Notes under the pieces: generated by a model
The model's input: the letters and a program-made list of their open reading frames with translations, nothing else
What the model was told of the DNA's origin: nothing
Databases searched by the model: none
Assembly: GCA_036785375.1 (NCBI GenBank)
Contig: JAWMAR010000243.1
Location: forward strand, 2,666,001-2,730,000
Length of the DNA stretch: 64,000 nucleotides
DNA from: Leucoraja ocellata
Taxonomy: Eukaryota
Direction of reading: 5' to 3'
Shown here: piece after piece, positions 38,572-52,498 of the stretch
Position numbering within the stretch: the first letter of the stretch is position 1
Layout: each line of letters starts with the position of its first letter
Program-made: the position numbers and the translations under genes

Positions 38572-38754
38572 CTTATGTCCCTTTTGACATCTCCTCATCA
38601 GCCCCCTCCTCCTCCTCCTTCCTCCACCACACCTTCTGCTGTTCCAAATGGCCCTCAGTCTCCCAAGCAGCAAAAAGAGCCCCTCTCTCACCGCCTGAAC
38701 GAATTCATGACCTCCAAACCTAAAATCCACTGTTTCAGGAGCCTAAAGCGGGGG
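38572..38754 (+). CDS. FNBP1: FNBP1 proline-rich cassette exon (~exon 10), [61 protein letters not shown]
   Basis: Long polypyrimidine tract + tAG, GTAAGT donor, 183 nt, phase 0/0; nearly identical to recalled human FNBP1 and distinguishes it from FNBP1L/TRIP10. Confidence 0.97.
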
Positions 38755-41700
38755 GTAAGTTTGCTTTCATCTTTTTGTAGTTCAATGTTGTACTTTGCGT
38801 TCCTCTCTTAAAGGATGCGCCTGTGAGAAACTGTCCATGCTGGTTATTGGCTGACGTTGTAGAGCACTTTGCCAATAGAGAATTACCTTTTATTCTCATT
38901 CAATATCGTAGTAATGCAACCTAAATTTTGAAATACTATGCTAAAGAATTTCTAAAAAATTGCTATCAATCTAACAATTTTTACACTGACAGTGGGTCGG
39001 GTTGCTAACGAGCTTTGGTCCTGAATTTCTGTTAAAAAGAACCAGAGAGGAGATAAAATAGGTTTACAGAGGGAATTGCAATGAACTGGAATGAAGCACT
39101 TGCTCAAAGCTTGGTGGGAGTTGTTTCAATCAGAACTTTCAAAGTTTAATTGAGTGACTATTTGAAGAGCTGAGAAGTCTGGAATTGTGGCAAAACATCA
39201 GGGACTAATTGCTAGGTGTTTCGAATGAACCCAATTGTTTTAACATTCAGGCAATTAATTGGTATGTATTGGGTTAAAAGTAAAAAATTATTATCAACCT
39301 TAAAAGGAAATTTCTACAGCAACAAATGTTATTATAGTTGACTTGATCTGGCCACTACTTCCCGGTTCTCTTCGCTGTGTTGATCCCCAAGTATTTAATG
39401 TCTGCAGTGTTTGTCCTTAACTTTATTGAACTGGGATCATTTTAATAAAACCCACAGGACTCCCATTCACACTCGGTGTCAAATTTTAATTGTTCAAATA
39501 TTCCCTGTTTATTAAGGGCACTGTTTTTGATTTTGAATGTGGTCAAATAGTCAACAAACATTTGCAATTTTTAATAAAATTAAGGGAACCTTGGGGTCTC
39601 TTCTAAAAATGGGTCCATATTTTCACTATTTATAAGCAAAACCCCATTATGATGTTTTATTAGGAAATTGATTATGTCTTCATTGAATGACCAGATATTA
39701 GATGTGAAACTTTTAATAGAACACCAAAATATAAATTGCTTAAAGGAGAATTACAACATCTAAATCACATGTGTTTGTTGGAGATTTAAATCCTTTCTGC
39801 TCCTTTCAGAATGTTCATCTCCAATAAAAAAGGATAGCACAATATGCAACATTTTTAAAACGATAGATTTTAAAATATTTTGTATTTACATCCACTAGCC
39901 TAGATTTTTTTTGTGATTTATGTGCAATCACCACTTTTAGCAAACGATGTGCTTATTAATCTTTGTGTCTCCTGCCAGATTCATAAATTGTACCATGTGA
40001 CACATGAAAGGCATCTTCTAGCAGAAGGGCTAAAATGGAATCTTAATAAGGGTAGATTAAAGGGAATGGTGTATCGAAAACTTAGGTTGCATTTATATTT
40101 CCACAAAGGAAGTTTAGGACAAATAGGGCAAGTTGCCAAAGGAAGATAATACATCTTCCCTAGCAACTAATTTGGTTGATGGTTATTTATAGACATGGTT
40201 TGCTGTAAATTCATTTATGTCTTGTGAGCAATCAAGTAAAAAAAATGAATTTGGCTTCAATAATGAAGATTTAGAATTAAAAGGGCGGTGAACATAAACT
40301 TCAAATATTTTGAATAAAGTATCATTTAATGAACTTAAAGCTACAGACTAGTCCATTAAAATGTGTCCTAAGCTACCTTTTTAATATTAATGTTTCAATT
40401 GTGTGAACTTCTATGTATCTGTGAGAGTCAGTATTGAATCGTGTGCAGCGGAAAGCTGTATAATTTTTTTGTTTTATGTTCCTTGTTTCCTTTCTACATT
40501 CTCCATTGCATTAAATTATGAGATTTTTCAATTATGAAAATGTGAACATTTTGATTAGAGCAATTCTCAAATGTATAATGCCTTCAGAATCTAACAAGTA
40601 AATTCACAGAAGGTTTAAAAAAAACGTATTTCCTCAATCAAGGGTCCACACTTTGTTTTGAAATATTACCAAAGACATTTTGAAGAGGTCATTGTCCAAA
40701 AATATTATTAAGCTGTAGCCAACCATGTTAAAGGCTAGGGCAGGAAGAAGATCAATTTTGCAGCAATTGCTTAAGATGCCGCAAATGGCTTGGATCAAGA
40801 GCATTGGCAGAAGTGGAAGCTTGATTACAGGGATTCAGAGAGGTGTTCCTGATCCCAGTGCCACAAATACAGGGACGTACATCATCTGCAAAGAATTAAG
40901 AAAACTAAGGGAAGTTGGGGGTGTTATGGTAGTTTGCATGGATAGAGTGTCAAGGCTTTATTTAGAGGGAAATTAGATAACGGTAACCTTCCAGATGAGG
41001 GAGACACTATTAGAGGACAAGGAAGCACTAATGATGGGGCAGGAATGGGAATGATCTGATCAGCAGTTTATTGGGAATAAGGGCATGTGAGAAAGCTAAG
41101 AGAAGATTGGGGAAAGATAAACTGGATTCTAGTTTAGAAGAGGATAATTTGCAAAATTAGAAGTTTGTTCAGGTAAGCTTAGGGGAAAAAGAGTAGGGCT
41201 GGAGACAGCTGCTGGGATGTTCTCACTCATAATATTAGAGAAGTAAGTCCATTACTCTTTATGCTTGTTATTAGAATTGAGGATGGAAGAAAAGGGGGAG
41301 AGGAGTTGAAGCATATGATATTCTTAATACGATACATAGAAATGCTATTGCAAATGGAAATCAAAGGATAAACAGTTTATACTTATCCAAGGTGGATGCA
41401 GAAGTAAGAGGGAGGAAGAGGTAAGAGGGATATGAATGGTGAGTGATGAATGGAGCCAATTAGAATCGGACCCATTGTCTGATCACATCCCAGTATGAAC
41501 TGTGCCACATTCTGAACATCCCCAGTGTATTCAAAATTATAATTATTTATTAACAAACACAAGATTCCTATTGTTTTATTATATGAAATATCGCTGCAAT
41601 ATTTGGTGTAACTCCTGCATTTATTAAGAAATGAAATGTTTATTCTGTGGAAGGATTGCTCATTTAACTGTAACAACTGAAGGAAAGCATGCCAACTATG

Positions 41701-44289
41701 TCACTACTGCAAGGAATAAACCATCTCTTGCAAAGTGAAGGCATTTGCTGGATGTAGTTTGTCAGTTTGACTTGATGCCTGTCTGGAAAAGGCTGCTATT
41801 TTCTGACCCAACCTGCCATGCTAAAGGTACGCTGTTACCCTCTCATGGTTGTGGAAAGTCTTTCCCTGTTACGATTCACTCTTTCAAGAATTATATAAAA
41901 AAAGCCCTTGCTAAAGCAGTGAAAATTATATCTCTTGACCGTGGAGATCAGAGATAAGTAGCTGCCTGTAGAATCTTTAATCAGAGTTGCAGCATGGCAG
42001 GTTAATCCGGTGCCTCTACCATCTCTGATTGCTGCAGGATGTTGATGTATAATCAGGCCGCCAGTTCATTTATGGCCCATTGCCAGGAACTGCATTTTTT
42101 TTTGCTACCTTTTTTTTTTAACGTAAGTTTGAAACGTAATTATGTGAAAAAGAATAGGGATGTTTGAGCTCATACTTGTACAATCAGGGAAGCTGCTGCA
42201 TAAACACTGCTGTACCCTGACAACCTTTGTTTTGTTCAAATCTGCTTTCAATCAGTCAGCAGTGTCTCATCGAACTTGGCTCATTAGAAATACTAAATGG
42301 TATTCCTGACCTTGATTGTGTTTGGAAAGTTACGAATGTGGTTCAGTTCCAAGTTTCCCTTTCTCATCAGAACTAGGAAAGAAATAACTCAGAGAGAAGT
42401 CAATGATATCATCCTGGTGAGAGTAGGGCTACGCAGGAATGGAAATGAGCTGGCCAGCAGTTTATTGGGAACAAAGCCATGTGGGCAAGTTCAGAGAGGG
42501 TTGAGGACAGATAAACTGCTTACAGGTTTGGAAGAAGGCAGCTAGGGTAATTAGAAGTTTAATCTGGTAAATTTAGGGGGGGAGGAAGAGTAAGGACAGT
42601 CTGAAGAAGGGTTTTGGCCCAAAACGTTGCCTATTTCCTTCGCTCCATAGATGCTGCCGCATCCGCTGAGTTTCTCCAGCACTTTTGTCTACCTTAGAGA
42701 AAGGGCAGAGGCAGCTCTCAATTGTAATGTAAGAGAATTTCATCACTCTCCATATTTGCCTTTAGAATTAAGGAAGAGGGGACAGAAGTTCAAACATGGC
42801 ACCCTTAATATAATATGCAGTTGGAGAGGGAATTGCAGAGGGAAATCAAAGTTTAAATGGTTCATGTTTTTACAAGGTAGACATAGAAGAGGGATGGAAG
42901 AGGTAAAGAGGCCATGATGGCGTGTGATGAATGGAGATGATCAGATTTGGACCCATTGTCTGATTACATCCCAGTGTGAACTGTGCCACATTTTTTGGCA
43001 TCTTCTATTTGGCTCTCTGGTAATTCAGTTCAGTTTAACCTAGAGATATCTCTGCAATATGGACAAACCACTTTAAAGCAATATCCTTGATTGAGGAAAT
43101 TCTGTATTAAGGCCGACCCTATATTTTATAGCTTTTACCCTATAAACCTAAAATAGCAGTTAAAAGCTGGTTTTGAACTGCTGGCTGTTAATCCCAATGT
43201 ATTCTTTTCCACAAATGCAAACCACAGACTCGGTCTCTCTATTTTCACAAAGAACTGATGAAGAGGACATTAGGGAAACCTACTTATGCATATGAGGCGA
43301 GGGAATTTGTTGTAAGTCTAAGTATGGTGACCTGCCATACCCTCACCCCTCAGTTACTAGCCCCACTTACACAAGCAATATCATACTTTTGATCTCTACT
43401 GCACCATTCTGCATGTATAGTTAATTAATCAGCTTAGAAATGCTTCGAGTCATAACATACAATGTCATAAAAAGCAAATAGATTAAAAAATGTTTAAGGT
43501 GGAAGCTAATATGATGTGCATTGGTTGTAATATACTGCATATCAGACATTACACCTATCTTATCTCCTTAAAGGAATGTATTGACCCCAGTTAAATCTGA
43601 TTTCAATGAGTCATTCCTTTATATTTATGTATTAAAAACATCTTATTCTGCAAGTTCAATTTTTGGGGATAATTTATGATGTAGGGTTTTTTTTATGTGG
43701 ATCATGGATATTAATAACAGAATGGAAATTGCGTGTAAAACAATGTAAGATTAAGTCAAAGTGTATGCCAGAATGTAGTTGGTTCGAATGCAGATCTGAG
43801 AACTGAACAAATTTCATCAGATCATCATTGTGTTGAGCTAAAACATCAAAATGCAGCACAAGACTAAAGCCTGTCCAAGTGTAGTTCTTACATGCAGGGA
43901 TAAAATCCTATCCCACAGAAAGGAACTCTGGAATAATCGCCTCGCTATTGATCAATACATACGAGCCAACGTTTGAATAAGGTTCTTAACATCTAATTGT
44001 AGAGATTATCAAAAAGGTCTCCATTTTGCTTCGAATAATGCATGGCAGGTGGAGACCTAAGAAAGTAGAAGAAGAATTAATTTATTCAGAATTCTCCATT
44101 GATGTGGGATAAACTGTAAACGAGGCAATCTGGCCAATCGATTAATAGAAGCTGTTAGCGATAGCATAGAACAGGGATCACAAAATCTATGAAATGCAGG
44201 CAGTAAGAGAGAGAGAATGCTTCAAATGACGAAAGCGTTTGGAAAGGTAGAGCTCAAACATATGCCCTGCAGGGAGAGAAAAACTGAAC

Positions 44290-45230
44290 CTATATCATAT
44301 ATGGACCAGCCGATGAAGAACTAAAGTGGCAGAGCAGGAAGCCCAGGCTAACTCCCTTGAACACAGGTGCTAGACAATGTGAATACTGGGAGTACTGAAT
44401 GTAGTGAATCAGATTTTGAGAGGTGGACTGCACTGGTCTGTTTGTATCTTTGGACAGTAGCAAGGGAGGTAATATAAGAGCAGATGTTGTGCCCCAAGGA
44501 GGGAAATGCTTGGTGGAGAAGATGGAAAAGCAGACAGAAATAGCAAAGAGTACAGTATTTAAGAAGGAACTGCAGATGCTGGAAAATCGAAGGTACACAA
44601 AAATGCTGAAGAGTCTCAGTGGGTGCAGCAGCATCTATGGAGCGAAGGAAATAGGCAACGTTTCGGACCGAAACGTTGCCTATTTCCTTCACTCCATAGA
44701 TGCTGCTGCACCCGCTCAGTTTCTCCAGCATTTTTGTGTAGCAAAGAGTACAGTTCCTTCACAGTGAAATGAAAGAGGAGATGAAAATGGATGTGCTGGT
44801 GTGATGTTGCTGAAGGTGGCAGTAGATACAGAAGAGGAGCAGTTGAATATGAAATCTGGTGGTTGGAAGACATGGAACAGGAGAACTCTGTCTCTGCTCT
44901 GTTAATGAGGAGAGATATTGAGAGCAGATATGCGGGAAATGCAAGCTTTAGTCTCAGGTGGAGAAGTTGTGCAGTGGGAGAATGGGTAAGCAAAATGAGG
45001 ACATGGCTGGAAGGGAATTGGTTGGGTCTATGTTCAAGGCAAAGACCCCTTGGACCTCAGGCTTGTGATGGAAACTTGGTAGGATTGTGTGTTCCTGGTG
45101 AAGTTGAACTGGTTGAAAATGGGAATTGGAAACTGTCAAGGTGCAGAAAATTGAATGCAGACATGTTAATGTTCTTTTAATATTTGGATTTATGGATCTT
45201 TAGTCTCAACAACTGAGGCCACAATGGAAT
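44290..45230 (-). mobile_element. Old Penelope-like fragment hosting a younger palindromic insert
   Basis: Minus-strand STSQNLIHYIQYSQ resembles the GIY-YIG lead-in (SSNLVYCIRCS); heavily degenerate. Similar old copy on + at ~26390-26830. Confidence 0.5.
44557..44738. mobile_element. Young Penelope-like palindromic insertion with 16-bp TSD
   Basis: TAGCAAAGAGTACAGT at 44541-44556 and 44739-44754; 73-bp arms centred on 44667. Confidence 0.85.
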
Positions 45231-48200
45231 CCTATCAATTGTATGTTGAGCAATCTCAGACTGTTGCCAATGTTATTTTAACTCCATTGCTCTTGCACCT
45301 TTGCTGAATATATACTCCTCTAATTCCTGCTGACTCTGGGAACTTTCATCCCATTTTGATTTTCGAGGTCCAAAGTTTAACAAACTGCACTATTTTCAAT
45401 TATTAATACAATTGATTGGCATTTAATATAAATTGAATCCTTAACATTTTCCCTGTTTCTGACACATGGACAAGCAAATTTAACATTCACAGAAAATGTG
45501 GTTATCAAAACCATGCAGTTTTGTTAAATCAGACTGCACCTGTCTGACCAACTCCTCAGCTCTTTCCCTGTAACTGCAATTATTTTTAAAGAATTAATCG
45601 CAATGGATTTAACAGATGGCAAAAAACAGTTTGACATGCCCGATATATTGTGCAGCAGTCTTAAAAACAAGCATTAGAATCTGAGATTAAAATAAAATGA
45701 ATAACCGCAGGTGCTGAAAATCTGAACTAAAAATAAACTGGAAACAATTAACAGGCCAGGCAACATTTGTAGAAAGAATAACAGAAGTAATACTTCATAT
45801 CAAAGAATTGTTGTGACAACAGATGACAAGAGAAAGCAAGTTGCAGAGAGGTGGGATGGGGGGTGAAGATGACAATGGGAAAGGTGAAGCAGGTTTGCTG
45901 TGTATTCCATGCTGATCTGTTCATCAATACATGTGTAAACACTTTGGTAGTTACACAAAATGTTTACATATACAATGAGCTAGAATTATAGGGAGAGTTT
46001 GGATAGGCTGTGACTTTTTTGGTTGGACCATAGGTGGCTGATGAGTGACTTTATAGCGATGTACAAAATCATGAGGGGCCTGAGTCTTTTGCTCACGGTG
46101 GAGGATTCTAAAACTAGAGGTCATGTGCTTAAGAAGAAAGTGGAGACCTCAGGGGCAACTATTTCCCTTACAAGGTAGTCTGGAATGAGCGGCCAAAAGA
46201 ATCTATAGAAGCGGATTTAATGGACATTTGGACATGGGCAGGGATGGTTTAGAGGGCTATGCGCCAAATACAGGCTAATGGGAGTAGCACAGTATGGACA
46301 AGGTGGGCCAAGGGGCCTGTTTCCGTGCTGTATAGCTGTGTGTTTCTGAGCAGGCAGAACAATAGGTACCAGAGAAGGGATATGTTCCAACGTGAAATAA
46401 AACGGAATCCATGAGTGAATTGACAATTGTAGAAACATAGAAATATTGAAGGTTGGTTTGAACGTGGACATTGTGTTCAAAATGTGAAGTAAAAACAGGA
46501 AATGCAGTTAATGCTCAGCAGGTCAAATAATAAATATGGAGAGAGGAACAGAAGTGACTTAGAGATCAAGGACTATTCATCCAAACTGTCATCTCATAAC
46601 ATGTTGTAGTCGCACCGAGAGCTGCATAGCTTTTTAAAAAAAATCTCAATTAATTGAACGCCAGAAGTGCAGAAAAAATGGCAGGTTCTCCAAACATATT
46701 TTCAAAATGAATTGATTTTTAAAAAAATGGAAGTTCCACGGTGGAGATTTTGCAGGTTGGCCTAATACTCTAAAGGGACAACACAAAATTTAGAGTTTGC
46801 CTTTTGATGGTATCACCATTCTCACTTTCAGTGAAACAGTTAACTTGATCATTATTGTAGTGAGGCACATGGTGCGTAAAATGGAACATAATTGAAAAAA
46901 TACATTACTGCAGTACTAAATCAAAAGGCACCATAAACATGATGAACCTCTTAAGAACTTTGAAAGAGGTCTGCACGTCCAAATTTATTTAAGTATAGTT
47001 CTAATTTTAGCTCTGGCATAAAACAAATTTCTGTACCGAGGTAAATATTTGTGTAAGTGGGGTTACTGCCTGGCATTCACAATAACACATGGATTTGTTG
47101 CTTCATTGTATGTGTTATTGCATCTTGTGGCTCCAGTTCACATCATAGCTCACTGTGAGTAGATGCTTGCTGAAGCAAATGTAGGCTGAGTACAAAAACC
47201 ATGTGACTTTTGTTTCTCATTGTTGGTTGGCGTAAGCTTATAAGATCATTCGTGCTTGTTAGGAGATAAACTGTTAAAAAGGAGCTAAATGCGGTGTCTC
47301 CCGTTAATTTTCCGAGTTGGTGATTTCATTGGCATGTTTTCAAAACTCCATTAAAATGCATATGTGCATATTTTTTTTAAATGATTCAAAGTGGTAACAC
47401 ACTGCACCATAATATGGAGAGATTTGAACTTTCCTTGTTGAATGGTTTGTGCATTTGAAATCTTCATCTCAGCCACATCGTGAATGGAGGGGAGGCACTT
47501 TCTCTTCGGCAAGCATGGAGAATAAACAACTCACTGAAGCTTCGTTACATATCTTCTGGCCTGGGAGTTGCTGACAAAGGGTATCAAGTGGAAGATCTAA
47601 AGAAAAACAATCAAATCCAACTTCTTTGAATTCAATATGCATCTGAGACCTTGCATGGGTTTTGGGCAGTTAATACAGGGAAATGAAAACATGAACATTC
47701 AGCAAATCTTTTAACTTCTGTCAATAAGATCATTAGCTTTAAATTGAGCATCCAGACTGCTGAGTACTTCTCTCATTTAGTGTTTCTCCCACTTCTCAAG
47801 TTACTGACACCTAGCTGAAAGTAATCATTTCCAGCTCAAATGACCACTGAGCCTTGCCAGTGAGACACAGAAACCTGCAGCAGGATAATGTCTTTAATGC
47901 AATAAAATATTTTATTTCAAGTCACTTTGCAAGCAAGACCTGCAAACAGAAATTTATACCAGCCTTTCAATTGCAGAAGGCATTTTTTTTTAACTGGAGT
48001 CATACGGTTATGGTAATTTTTAATTCACAGTGAACATCAAGCATTTAACTATAGTTTATCAACTCAAATTGGGAAAATCACTTTGAGAATACCTCTTGCT
48101 TTAATTGTGACATTGGAATGTATTTGATGTGACGGTGTTCAAGAACTGAACGGTAATGGAATATTTTTGAAATAGTTGTCCCTATTTGTAAATTATATTT

Positions 48201-50782
48201 GCACACATTGAGATTACAAATACTCCAGGTTGTGCTCTTGCAGATATGTGGCTGCTGAGGTTAGCTTTCTAGTTTCAGAGATGAGCGATGCCTCTGGCAT
48301 CAGCAGGGCCAGGCACCAACATCATTGAGGGTTTCAAAAAAAGGATTGAAAAATTGACCAAGATAACTACTTTGCTAATTTCCGCACCCTGTTCTTACCG
48401 TTACCATTTATCTTTGCATGCAAGTGAGGTTTGGCAATTCAGACCGATTCCAGTTTTTGGTGTGAGGGTGAGTTTTGGAATTTCCATTGTCAGTAATTTA
48501 GTATCAATCTCAGTTTCAGGGAATGACTACGACTGGAATAGAAGCTTTTGGCCAATCAGATATATGTTGTGTGAATTGAGCTTTGACGTCCCCTCAGCAG
48601 TGTGTGGGGGCATCTTTAATACAAAGCAGATTGGGGCTAAATTCTTCATCTCATGGTTGTGTGGAAAAAGGCTGGTGGTGTGCACTAAGGCTGCGTTTTC
48701 TTCTTCAGAAAGAAATGCGCACTGACCAACGAACATTTCCGTTTTAATTCTGGGTGAATAAAGAGTGGGTATGAGGCTGATGTCAGCAAGAAAAAGCCAG
48801 TGGTTACCCTTTTGAAAGAATGGCAGCACTAATACATGTGAGGCTTGGATAATGGCAGGAGGTGAAAGGTTACTAATAGTGGTTATATCTAGTTTTGGAT
48901 TAGTTCCGCTGACATGATGCACAATGGTCTGTGAAAAGGCCTTGTCAATGTGTTACGTTACGATGTCAATGGCTCCAGTGTTTTACTGTTGTGTTAGGGA
49001 ACTGTTGTGTTCATTTACTGAAGGTGATGGTCACATATTGAGGATTTCTGGGCAACTGAGTCAACTTGTGCTGTGAAGTTGCAAACGGTTCCAGTTCACA
49101 GTTTTACTCACATACAGACCTGACTCGAGTAAATGGGATGCATATCTTCCAAGAAAACTGAAGTTTTAATCAAAGTTAAGGTAACTTGGATTTCAAAAAG
49201 CAGATGTACGAATCCCATCTCATTAATCACCCAGTGAAATAGTGCAGCTGAATCAGATTGGATCTTCAATTCATGTTGACACATATCTGGGGATGGATAT
49301 GTAAGTGAGAAGTGGTTCATAAAGGATGTGTCTAATACAGACTGCAAACTCTTTTGTGAGGGAAAGGAATTCTGTCCTCCTTTTGGAAAACAATGAGATC
49401 ATCTGCAAGCGACCACTGCCAGAACTCTGGGAAGCACAGCCAAAAGTAAAGTGGAATCAGATTTATGTGACACTTGCAAGTAGAGATATGATTAAATGCA
49501 GCCAATGTGAGTAGCATGAAGATATAATTGGTACGATACATTCATAGAAGCAATTCAAGTTAATTTGATCCATCATTGGGAAGCAAATCCCTTGAGACTT
49601 AATTGATTCCCTTCATTGTATTGATATCAGTGCTTTGATCGTTCAGTTGATGCCATCAGCTGTCTCTGTCAAGAGGTCCTTTCATGTACATAACAACATT
49701 TCAGCCAGAGAATCGGGAGGAACCTGAGGAGGAAAGGGAGAAATGAAATGAAACTTGCCTGTATGAATATAGCCGTCAAAGCTGTCAGATATTTCACCAG
49801 TGATGGATTCTCCTTTTAGGATATTAATTCACCTTTGAATTTTAGTAATTTTAGGTGAAAAGTAATTGAAAATTTGTTGCTTGTCCTAGGGTTGCTATAT
49901 AAATGCATCCTTTTCCCCAAACAAACACACCAACATTAGTAATATTTGATAGTAATGTAAATAGTTTTACATGAATCTTAGGAAGTATTTTATTTTAATT
50001 TTCAAATAAATTGAACCCAGTTTAAATAGTTAGTGGTGAGATAATATCCACAGATTAACATTAATTTGAATATTTACCAAGCTTTGCAAATGTAATTTTC
50101 TTCTCTGAATAATGACTGTGACAGATTCAGCCATTTCTTATCCACTCAAGGACATCTGGGTTTCAGTTATTTTCTGATCTTTTGATTTTGTTAAAAGGTT
50201 CGATTGTAAATAGTTGTTTTAATGCATGACCTTCTATCAATTCTTCTGAAGACCTCATTTAAATTAAAACATAGCCATCTTGAGAAGCGTAGCACGATTT
50301 ATATGACTCGGTTGAAGTTTATTGAATGTTAGAAGTGTGCAATGTACAAAATAACTCATTCAGTTTGTTCTCGACCAAAAAGAAGTAAGTATCCTTTTTA
50401 TTGTTTCATTTGGAACATTTTGAAGCATTGTAACAGAATTTTTAAGAATCAATTTTAGATTTCAATTTAACGAGACGAGTTTATAGTTTTAGAGTGAAGA
50501 GAGAATGCATTAAATATAAGGCTTTCATGTCTGTGTCGTGCATAACAGTAGATGTCTGTTAGAAAAGCAGATGTTGCTTGTTCATTGTGTCAGGCCAAGG
50601 TTCATAAGGAAGCCATTCTGCAATGTGATTGCAGTGTAAAAATATCTGAGATACCAAATCATATTTTCTGTGATTATTTATTTTATTTATTTAGTTTAAA
50701 ATGATATATCATTGACCTTGAGCTTTGGAAAATAAAAATATTTGTCCAGCTCATATTTTATACATCAAAGTATTTTTAAAAG

Positions 50783-51070
50783 GCAGGTATTTCAGAATTA
50801 AGGGACAGAAGTTTAGGGGTAATATGAGGGGGAACTTCTTTACGCAGAGAGTGGTGGCGGTGTGGAATGAGCTCCCAGTGGAAGTGCTGGAGGCAGGTTC
50901 ATTGGTATCATTTAAAAATAAATTGGATAGGCATATGGATGAGAAGGGAATGGAGGGTTATGGTACGAGTGCAGGCAGGTGGGACTAAGGGGAAAAAAAT
51001 TTGTTCGGCATGGACTTGTAGGGCCGAGATGGCCTGTTTCCGTGCTGTAATTGTTATATGGTTATATGGT
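50783..51070 (+). mobile_element. Young CR1 3' end
   Basis: Open remnant RIKGQKFRGNMRGNFFTQRVVAVWNELP..SFKNKLDRHM typical of CR1 ORF2 C-terminus. Confidence 0.88.
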
Positions 51071-51917
51071 ATTTGACTGTAAAAGTTACTAAATTATTTT
51101 TAATTCATTGCAGCCATTTTTTTTCTGAGGTGCTTTATATATCAGAAAGAGCCAATGCCTACCATACTGATAGTCTAGTTCCATGCTGGAAGCAATGGCT
51201 CTGACAACCAAACCACAATCACTTGACTTAAAAACTGAAAGTTCAATTGAGCTCACTTGCAGGGCTGCCAGTCACGGAACTGGGCTCTGCAGTAAATACT
51301 TCTTGCTTTAGCTAAGCTGGTGATTCAACATAGTGCAACAAGGTGCTCTATCACCCTGACTCAGTTTTGTAATTTGATTGCCAATGAGCAGAGGGAAAAT
51401 CCATCAGCTCACATTTCATGTGGTTGAAACTTTAATTGAGTTTTCTTTACATTTTTCTGGGGCTTTTCTTTCCATTATTAGAATATCTGCATCTATGTTG
51501 CTTGTAAAGAAGGGGAATAATACTGAAATCTGTACAGTGTCAGAAACAATATCCCAATTTCAATCATTTCTTACAGAATGCAATAAAATGCACAGACATT
51601 TATTGGGCCATTCAGAAGGTCAAAGTTGAAGGTTCACAGCACAAAAAACACAACCAATCCGTTCAACCAGTCCATGCGATAATTATACTCCAACCTCTTT
51701 ATCTTCCCTTTGTTAGCATTGCTTTCCAGCCTTGTTTTAAATGCACCTTTATCATTTGCTCAAACCATTCCTTCCACTAATACCACGTTCTGAATTTAAA
51801 AAATGACTAAAATATGACATGACTCTATAACTGTATACGTTAATTAAATACACATTAAACACCAGATTTTCACGTTGGGAATTCCCTTCACTTGAAGACA
51901 ACAGTGGAAACTCCCAG

Positions 51918-52146
51918 TTAGACACAAAATGCTGGAGTAACTCAGCGGGACAGGCAGCATCTCTGGAGAGAAGGAATGGGTGACCTTGCGGGTTGGGACC
52001 CTTCTTCAAACTCAAGTCTGCAGAAGGGTCTCAACCCGAAACATCACCCATTCCTTCTCTCCAGAGATGGCGCCTGTTCCTCTGAGTTACTCCAGCATTT
52101 TGTGACTATCTTCAATTTAAACCAGCATCTCCAGTTCCTTCCTACA
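51918..52146. mobile_element. Penelope-like terminal repeat, inverted pair
   Basis: Arms 51918-52008 and 52016-52110 are reverse complements. Confidence 0.78.
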
Positions 52147-52220
52147 CAGGAAACCTCCATGTGGAACCCAGCTAGTCAATGGGATATTGGTCTCATGATT
52201 AGGAACACCCTCAGTATTGT

Positions 52221-52498
52221 GGGACGGTGGCACAGTGATAGCGTAGCTGTCTTACAGCGCCAGAGACCCAGATTCGATCCTCAATATAGGTGCCGTCTGT
52301 ACAGAATTTGTACATTTTCCTTAGGTACTGTGGTTTCCTCCCACATTCCAAAGACGTACAGGTTTGTAGGTTAATTGGCTTCGGTAAAATTACCCCTAGT
52401 GTGTAGGATAGTCCTAGTGTACAGCGATCGCTAGTCGCCATGACCTCGGTGGACCAGGGCCTGTTTCCACACTGTATCTCTAAACTAAACTAAAACTA
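52221..52498 (+). mobile_element. tRNA-derived V-SINE (HE1-like)
   Basis: Homologous to 34114-34415; (CTAAA)n tail. Confidence 0.82.

Noticed and set aside
48288-48922. 145-aa and 131-aa ORFs in intron 10
   Set aside because: No recognisable domain, splice context or codon signal; expected by chance.
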